Shown: piece by piece, positions 37,507-45,248 of the stretch
How the letters are laid out: each line of letters opens with the position of its first letter
How positions within the stretch are numbered: the stretch's first letter is position 1
The notes under the pieces: model-generated
What the model was told of the DNA's origin: nothing
Databases searched by the model: none
Seen by the model: the letters and a program-made list of their open reading frames with translations, nothing else
DNA from: Gemmatimonadota bacterium
GTDB lineage: Bacteria; Gemmatimonadota; Gemmatimonadetes; Longimicrobiales; RSA9
DNA: 45,248 nucleotides
Assembly (NCBI GenBank): GCA_040905425.1
Contig: JBBDRO010000036.1
Span: 1 to 45,248 of the forward strand
Direction of reading: 5' to 3'
Program-made: the position numbers and the translations under genes

Positions 37507-39527
37507 GAGGATGGGCCCGAACCCGCGGGGGCCGTCCCCCCCAGCCTGGCGCGCACCTCCAGGAGCTGGTCCCTGAGGAGCGCCGCCCGCTCGAAATCCA
37601 TGGCTCGCGCGGCCTCGGCCATCTGCTGCTCCAGGATCTTTGCCCATTCCTCGAGATTCACCTCGTCCGCGTAGCTGGCCCTGGGTTCCGCCACCCGCCC
37701 ACCGGCCGTTTCGGTGCGGGCGTCCGCCACGCGCGTGGTCTGCATGAGTTCGTCCACGCTCTTCACGATGGTGCGCGGCTCGATGCCGTGCTCTTCGTTG
37801 TAAGCGCGCTGAATGTCGCGCCGCCGATCGGTCTCCGCGATGCAGCGCGCCATGGAGCCCGTCATCCGGTCCGCGTACATGATGGCCTTGCCGTGCACGT
37901 TGCGGGCGGCCCTGCCGATGGTCTGGATGAGGGAACGCTCGTCGCGCAGGAAGCCTTCCTTGTCCGCGTCCAGGATGGCCACCAGGGACACCTCGGGCAG
38001 ATCCAGCCCCTCGCGCAGCAGGTTGATGCCCACCAGCACCTCGAAGCGGCCCAGCCGCAGGTCCCGCAGGATCTCGATGCGCTCGATCGTGTCCACGTCC
38101 GAGTGCATATAGCGCACGCGGATGCCGATCTGCTGGAGGTACTCGCTCAGGTCCTCCGCCATGCGCTTGGTGAGCGTGGTGACGAGCACCCGCTCACCCG
38201 CCGTCTCCCGTTCCCGGATCTCCGCCACCAGGTCATCCACCTGCCCCTTCACGGGCCGGACCTCCACCTCCGGATCCAGCAGCCCGGTGGGCCGGATGAG
38301 CTGCTCGACCACTACACCGCCGGAGCGCTTCACCTCGTACTCGCCCGGCGTGGCGGACACGAACAGCGCGCGCGGCACCAGCCCCTCCCACTCGTCGAAC
38401 GTGAGGGGCCGGTTGTCCAGCGCGCTGGGGAGCCGGAAGCCATGCTCCACCAGGGTGAGCTTGCGGGCCCGGTCCCCGTTGTACATGCCCCGGATCTGCG
38501 GCACCGAGACGTGCGACTCGTCCACGATGAGCAGGAAGTCCTCCGGGAAATAATCGAAGAGGCACGCCGGCCGCTCCCCCGCCGCGCGGCCGGCGATGTG
38601 GCGCGAATAGTTCTCCACGCCGGGGCACGTACCGATCTCCATGAGCATCTCGATGTCGAACATGGTGCGCTGCTCCAGACGCTGCGCCTCCAGCAGCTTG
38701 CCCGCCCCACGCAGCTCCAGCAGACGCTCGTCCAGCTCCGGCCGGATGCGCTCCACCGCCCGCTCCACGGTGCTGCGGCGCGTCACGAAGTGCGTGGCCG
38801 GATAGATGGCCGCGCGCGGCAGCCGCACGATGGTGTCCCCCGTCAGCGGGTCGAAGCGGGAGATGCGCTCCACCTCATCCCCCCAGAGCTCGATGCGCAC
38901 CGCCTGCTCCTCGTAGGCGGGGAAGACCTCCACCACGTCCCCCCGCACGCGAAACGTGCCGCGCGTGAAATCGATGTCGTTGCGCGCGTACTGGATGCGC
39001 ACCAGCGCCTCGAGCAGGTCGCGGCGGCTGGTCTCCTGCCCCGTCTCCACCACCAGCATGAGCTCACGGTACTCGCGCGGGTCACCCAGGCCGTAGATGC
39101 AGGACACCGAGGAGACGATCACCACGTCCTCCCGCTCCATGAGTGAGGAGGTGGCGCGCAGGCGCAGGCGCTCGATGTCCTCGTTGATGGAGGAGTCCTT
39201 CTCAATGTACGTGTCCGAGGAGGGCACGTACGCTTCGGGCTGGTAGTAGTCGTAGTACGAGACGAAGTACTCGACCGCATTGGCGGGAAAGAACTGCTTC
39301 AGTTCTCCGTAGAGCTGCGCGGCCAGCGTCTTGTTGTGGCTCATGACCAGCGCGGGGCGCCCCAGCTCGGCAATGAGCGAGGCCATGGTGACCGTCTTCC
39401 CGGAGCCGGTCACGCCCAGCAGCGTCTGGGACTCGGCGCCGCTCGCGTACGTGGTGGTGAGCTCCTCGATGGCGCGGGGCTGGTCGCCGGCCAGGCCGAA
39501 AGGGAGGCGGAGGTCGAATGTACCCAT
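37503..39527 (-). CDS. uvrB: Excinuclease ABC subunit B
   Basis: [59 protein letters not shown]. Confidence 0.98.
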   Translation of the reverse strand: MGTFDLRLPFGLAGDQPRAIEELTTTYASGAESQTLLGVTGSGKTVTMASLIAELGRPALVMSHNKTLAAQLYGELKQFFPANAVEYFVSYYDYYQPEAYVPSSDTYIEKDSSINEDIERLRLRATSSLMEREDVVIVSSVSCIYGLGDPREYRELMLVVETGQETSRRDLLEALVRIQYARNDIDFTRGTFRVRGDVVEVFPAYEEQAVRIELWGDEVERISRFDPLTGDTIVRLPRAAIYPATHFVTRRSTVERAVERIRPELDERLLELRGAGKLLEAQRLEQRTMFDIEMLMEIGTCPGVENYSRHIAGRAAGERPACLFDYFPEDFLLIVDESHVSVPQIRGMYNGDRARKLTLVEHGFRLPSALDNRPLTFDEWEGLVPRALFVSATPGEYEVKRSGGVVVEQLIRPTGLLDPEVEVRPVKGQVDDLVAEIRERETAGERVLVTTLTKRMAEDLSEYLQQIGIRVRYMHSDVDTIERIEILRDLRLGRFEVLVGINLLREGLDLPEVSLVAILDADKEGFLRDERSLIQTIGRAARNVHGKAIMYADRMTGSMARCIAETDRRRDIQRAYNEEHGIEPRTIVKSVDELMQTTRVADARTETAGGRVAEPRASYADEVNLEEWAKILEQQMAEAARAMDFERAALLRDQLLEVRARLGGTAPAGSGPSS

Positions 39528-39619
39528 CTAAGCGACGACGCCGGGCCGACCCACCGGCGCCCGCACGCCCGCGGCCACGGCTGGCCGTCCGGCCGGTGCG
39601 CTGAGCGCCACGCGCATGC

Positions 39620-41833
<2,214 letters not shown>

Positions 41834-41896
41834 GGTACGTCCGCTGCTACGAATTCCGGTGCGGCGCCGCGGCACGCCGCGGTGCGTGAACGGGCC

Positions 41897-42607
41897 TCAG
41901 CCCGCGTCCAGCAGCCCCGCCTCCACGAAGGAGACGAAGCGCCCGTCCCCCACCACCACGTGGTCCAGGACGGGTATGCCGAGGGTCCGGCCCGCGGCCG
42001 CCAGCTGCGCCGTCACCAGACGATCCTCGGGCGAGGGGGTGGGGTCACCCGAGGGGTGATTGTGCACCAGGATGACGGCCGCCGCGCTCTCGGTGATCGC
42101 GGCACGGAACACCTCCCGCGGGTGGATCACGGAGGCGTCCAGGATCCCGCGCGTCACCACCAACTCGCGCGTGACGGCGTGCTGCGTGTTGAGCAGCAGG
42201 ATGCGAAACTCCTCCTGCGCCGCGCCCCGCAGCGTCGGCGCGCACCGATCATAGACGTCCCGCGGACCGTGGATGCGGGCCCGGGCCGCGGGCTCCTCGC
42301 ACGCTTCGCGCCGGCCCAGTTCCAGCCCGGCCGCCACGCGGGCGGCCACGGCCGGACCCACACCGGGCACCCGCTCCAGTTCGGCTGCCGAGGTGGCGGC
42401 CAGCCGGCGGAGCGAGCCGTCCGCGGCGCGCAGCAGGGCGCCCGCCACGTCCAGCGCGGAGGCGCCGCCGGTGCCGCTCCCCACCAGGATGGCCAGCAGC
42501 TCCCGGGTAGCCAGGGCGTCGGCGCCACGCGTCCGCATGCGCTCCCGCGGACGGTCGGCCTCCGGCCATGCCTTGATGGCGTACCCGGACGCCGACGCCG
42601 GACTCAC
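41897..42607 (-). CDS. radC: RadC/JAB-domain protein
   Basis: RPRERM, Hh[40 protein letters not shown] overlap with secA. Confidence 0.95.
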   Translation of the reverse strand: MSPASASGYAIKAWPEADRPRERMRTRGADALATRELLAILVGSGTGGASALDVAGALLRAADGSLRRLAATSAAELERVPGVGPAVAARVAAGLELGRREACEEPAARARIHGPRDVYDRCAPTLRGAAQEEFRILLLNTQHAVTRELVVTRGILDASVIHPREVFRAAITESAAAVILVHNHPSGDPTPSPEDRLVTAQLAAAGRTLGIPVLDHVVVGDGRFVSFVEAGLLDAG

Positions 42608-45248
42608 GCCGCCCCCGCTCCGTGGCACTTCTTGTACTTCTTACCGGAGCCGCAGGGACAGGGGTCATTGCGGCCGATCTTCTCCTCCGCGGTCACGGGC
42701 GTGGCCGGCCGGGCGGCCTCCCCCCGGTTGGTCTGCAGGGCGCCCACGTCGGGCCCGCCGGGGATGCCCGCGGCCACCTGCGCGGCGGCGGTGGGCGCCA
42801 TCTGCCGGCCGCCGGACACGGCCGCATCCAGCGCGTCCCGCGGTTCCTCGCGGATCGGTTCGGGCCGCGGCTGCGCCACCCGTGGCGCGCCGTCCGGCGT
42901 GTCACTCGGTCCGGAGAGCACCAGCTTGCGTGGGGGCGCCTGCGGGCGCGGCTGGGGCACGCCCAGCTGGGCCCTGAAGGTCAGCGAGGAGACCGCCCGG
43001 CGCAGGTCACGCATGAAGTCCACGAACATCGAGTACGCCTCCTGCTTGTACTCGACGAGCGGGTCTTTCTGTCCCCAGCCGCGGAAGCCGATGGATGCCT
43101 TCAGGTGGTCCAGATCGTAGAGGTGATCACGCCACTTCTCGTCGATGGTGCCCAGGAGCACCCACGAGAGGATGCGTTCCTGGTGCTCGCCGAATCCTTC
43201 CAGCTTGCGGTCGAACGCCGTGCGGGCCGCTGCCAGCACGGTCTCGGCCACCGCTTCCTCGTCGTGGAAGGCGTGCTCCTGGTCATCGCGCTGGGGCAGG
43301 CCGTCCACCACCATGAGGTAGTCCAGCGCCAACCGGCTGCGCAGCCCTGCCAGGTTCCACTCCTCCGCGTGCACACCGTCCTCGGCATACTCCGCCACCA
43401 GGTCCTCGAGCGCGGCGGACGTCATCTCCCAGACTTCCGCCTTGAGGTCCTCGCCGCCCTCCAGCGCGAAGAGGCGCAGGTCGTAGACCACCTCGCGCTG
43501 CTGGTTCATCACGTCATCGTAATCCAGCAGCCGCTTGCGCTGCTCGAAGTTCTGCATCTCCACGCGGCCCTGCGCGCTGCCAATGGAGCGCGTCACCAGC
43601 GCATGCGTGATGACCTCTCCCTCCTCGGCCCCCAGCCGGTCCATCACGCCCGCGATGCGATCCGAATTGAAGAGCCGCATCAGGTCATCTTCCAGGGACA
43701 GGAAGAACTGGCTGGCGCCCGGATCCCCCTGGCGGCCCGCGCGCCCGCGCAGCTGCCGGTCGATGCGGCGGCTCTCGTGCCGCTCGGAGCCGATGATGTG
43801 GAGCCCGCCCACCTCGAAGAGGGTGCGCTCATCCACCTTCGCCGGGTCCACGTCGCGCGCCGGGTCGGCGGTGTGCGGCACCTCCGCCGGGTCCAGCTCC
43901 TTCTCCTGCAGCCAGGCGCCGTCCCGCGCGTCGGTGACGCCGGCGCCCAGCTTGATGTCGGTACCGCGCCCGGCCATGTTCGTGGCAATGGTGACGGCGC
44001 CCGGCCGGCCCGCGCCCGCCACGATCTCCGCCTCGTGCTGGTGGTACTTGGCGTTCAGCACGCTGTGCGGGATGCCGCGCCGCTTGAGCATACGCGAGAG
44101 CGTTTCGGAGACGTCCACCGACACGGTGCCCACCAGCACGGGCAGCTGCAGGCCGTGCAGCCGCTCGATCTCGTCATTGATGGCGTTGAACTTCTCACGC
44201 TTGGTCCGGTAGACCAGGTCCTGGCGGTCATCACGCACGACGGGCCGGTTGGTGGGAATGACCATGACGTCCAGACCGTAGATGGAGTGGAACTCCCCCT
44301 CCTCGGTCTCCGCCGTACCGGTCATGCCCGCCAGCTTGTCATACATGCGGAAGTAATTCTGGATCGTGACGGTGGCCAGCGTCTGCGTCTCGCCGCGCAC
44401 CGTCACGTTCTCCTTCGACTCCACCGCCTGGTGCAGCCCGTCGGACCAGCGCCGACCCGCCATCTTGCGGCCGGTGAACTCGTCCACGATGACCACCTGG
44501 CCGTCCTCCACGATGTACTGCTCGTCGCGGGCGTAGAGCGCGTACGCCTTCAGCAGCTGGTGGATGGCGTGGATGCGCTGGCTCTTCTCCGCGTACTCCG
44601 CCTCGAGCGCCTGGATGCGCTCGCGCTTGGTGTCCAGCGAGAGCGCCTCGTCCTTTTCGATGACGCCCACGACCTCGGAGAGGTCAGGCACCACGAAGGC
44701 GTCCGGATCATCCGGCGAGAGCTCCTCCAGCCCCTGGTCGGAGAGGTGCACGCTGTGCCCCTTCTCGTCCATGGCAAAGTACATGAGCTCATCCACCTCG
44801 TGGAGGCGCTTTTCGCGCATGAAATCGGCTTCGGTCTGCTGCACCAGCTTCTGGATGGCCGGGCGCTCCGCGAAGAGCTTCATGAGCCGCTTGTTTTTGG
44901 GACCGCCGCGCTTGGCGGCCAGCAGCTTCTCACCGGCAGCCGGCTCGTCACCCTCGGCCAGCTCCCGCTCCGCATCCGCGATGAGCTCGCTGATCACCTT
45001 GGTCTGCTTGCGATAGAGCTGCGCCACGCTGGGGTTGTACTTCCGATACTCGACGTTGTGCTCCTTGCCCACCGGCCCGCTGATGATGAGCGGCGTGCGC
45101 GCCTCATCGATGAGGATGGAGTCCACCTCGTCGATGATGGCGTAGGCATGGCCACGCTGCACGCGCTGCTCGAGCGAGTGCACCATGTTGTCCCGCAGGT
45201 AGTCGAAGCCGAACTCGTTGTTCGTGCCGTAGGTGATGTCGGCGGCGT
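42604..45248 (-). CDS. secA: Preprotein translocase SecA (5' part outside the window)
   Basis: [89 protein letters not shown]. Confidence 0.99.
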   Translation of the reverse strand, partial: AADITYGTNNEFGFDYLRDNMVHSLEQRVQRGHAYAIIDEVDSILIDEARTPLIISGPVGKEHNVEYRKYNPSVAQLYRKQTKVISELIADAERELAEGDEPAAGEKLLAAKRGGPKNKRLMKLFAERPAIQKLVQQTEADFMREKRLHEVDELMYFAMDEKGHSVHLSDQGLEELSPDDPDAFVVPDLSEVVGVIEKDEALSLDTKRERIQALEAEYAEKSQRIHAIHQLLKAYALYARDEQYIVEDGQVVIVDEFTGRKMAGRRWSDGLHQAVESKENVTVRGETQTLATVTIQNYFRMYDKLAGMTGTAETEEGEFHSIYGLDVMVIPTNRPVVRDDRQDLVYRTKREKFNAINDEIERLHGLQLPVLVGTVSVDVSETLSRMLKRRGIPHSVLNAKYHQHEAEIVAGAGRPGAVTIATNMAGRGTDIKLGAGVTDARDGAWLQEKELDPAEVPHTADPARDVDPAKVDERTLFEVGGLHIIGSERHESRRIDRQLRGRAGRQGDPGASQFFLSLEDDLMRLFNSDRIAGVMDRLGAEEGEVITHALVTRSIGSAQGRVEMQNFEQRKRLLDYDDVMNQQREVVYDLRLFALEGGEDLKAEVWEMTSAALEDLVAEYAEDGVHAEEWNLAGLRSRLALDYLMVVDGLPQRDDQEHAFHDEEAVAETVLAAARTAFDRKLEGFGEHQERILSWVLLGTIDEKWRDHLYDLDHLKASIGFRGWGQKDPLVEYKQEAYSMFVDFMRDLRRAVSSLTFRAQLGVPQPRPQAPPRKLVLSGPSDTPDGAPRVAQPRPEPIREEPRDALDAAVSGGRQMAPTAAAQVAAGIPGGPDVGALQTNRGEAARPATPVTAEEKIGRNDPCPCGSGKKYKKCHGAGAA

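Noticed and set aside
41897..42607. radC as a marker of a mobile element
   Set aside because: Full-length HhH+JAB form, coupled to secA, with host-like codon usage; this is the chromosomal type.

Overview
High-GC (~70%) bacterial chromosome segment. Gene content and order suggest Gemmatimonadota (inference). From about 3.4 kb to the end it is a nearly uninterrupted minus-strand housekeeping block: secA (partial), radC, rel/spoT, uvrB, tsaE, tsaB, rimI, hemB, LysM protein, ccsA, hemA, epimerase, tolQ, tolR, tolA/tonB, tolB, pal, cpoB, nrdR, tatC, lptD, hutH, hutI, formiminotransferase, TPR protein, polyprenyl synthase, DUF4321-like protein, tatA, [ppiD on +], TPR protein, aroQ, accB, accC, ftsK. 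The accessory signal lies in the first 4 kb. The last ~650 bp of ftsK is present twice as a direct repeat (offset 2005 bp, ~95% identical by manual alignment, differences mostly synonymous). The two copies bracket a lower-GC two-gene cassette encoding an HExxH lipoprotein and a secreted protein. Beyond the second copy lie a secreted beta-propeller gene and the terminal repeat of an IS1202/IS481-like element at the window edge. This looks like a cassette-acquisition locus anchored on the ftsK 3' end. Smaller oddities are a 56-bp duplication that makes a coupled 18-aa mini-cistron between tolQ and tolR, other coupled mini-ORFs, two TPR proteins with acidic repeat linkers, and leaderless promoters.
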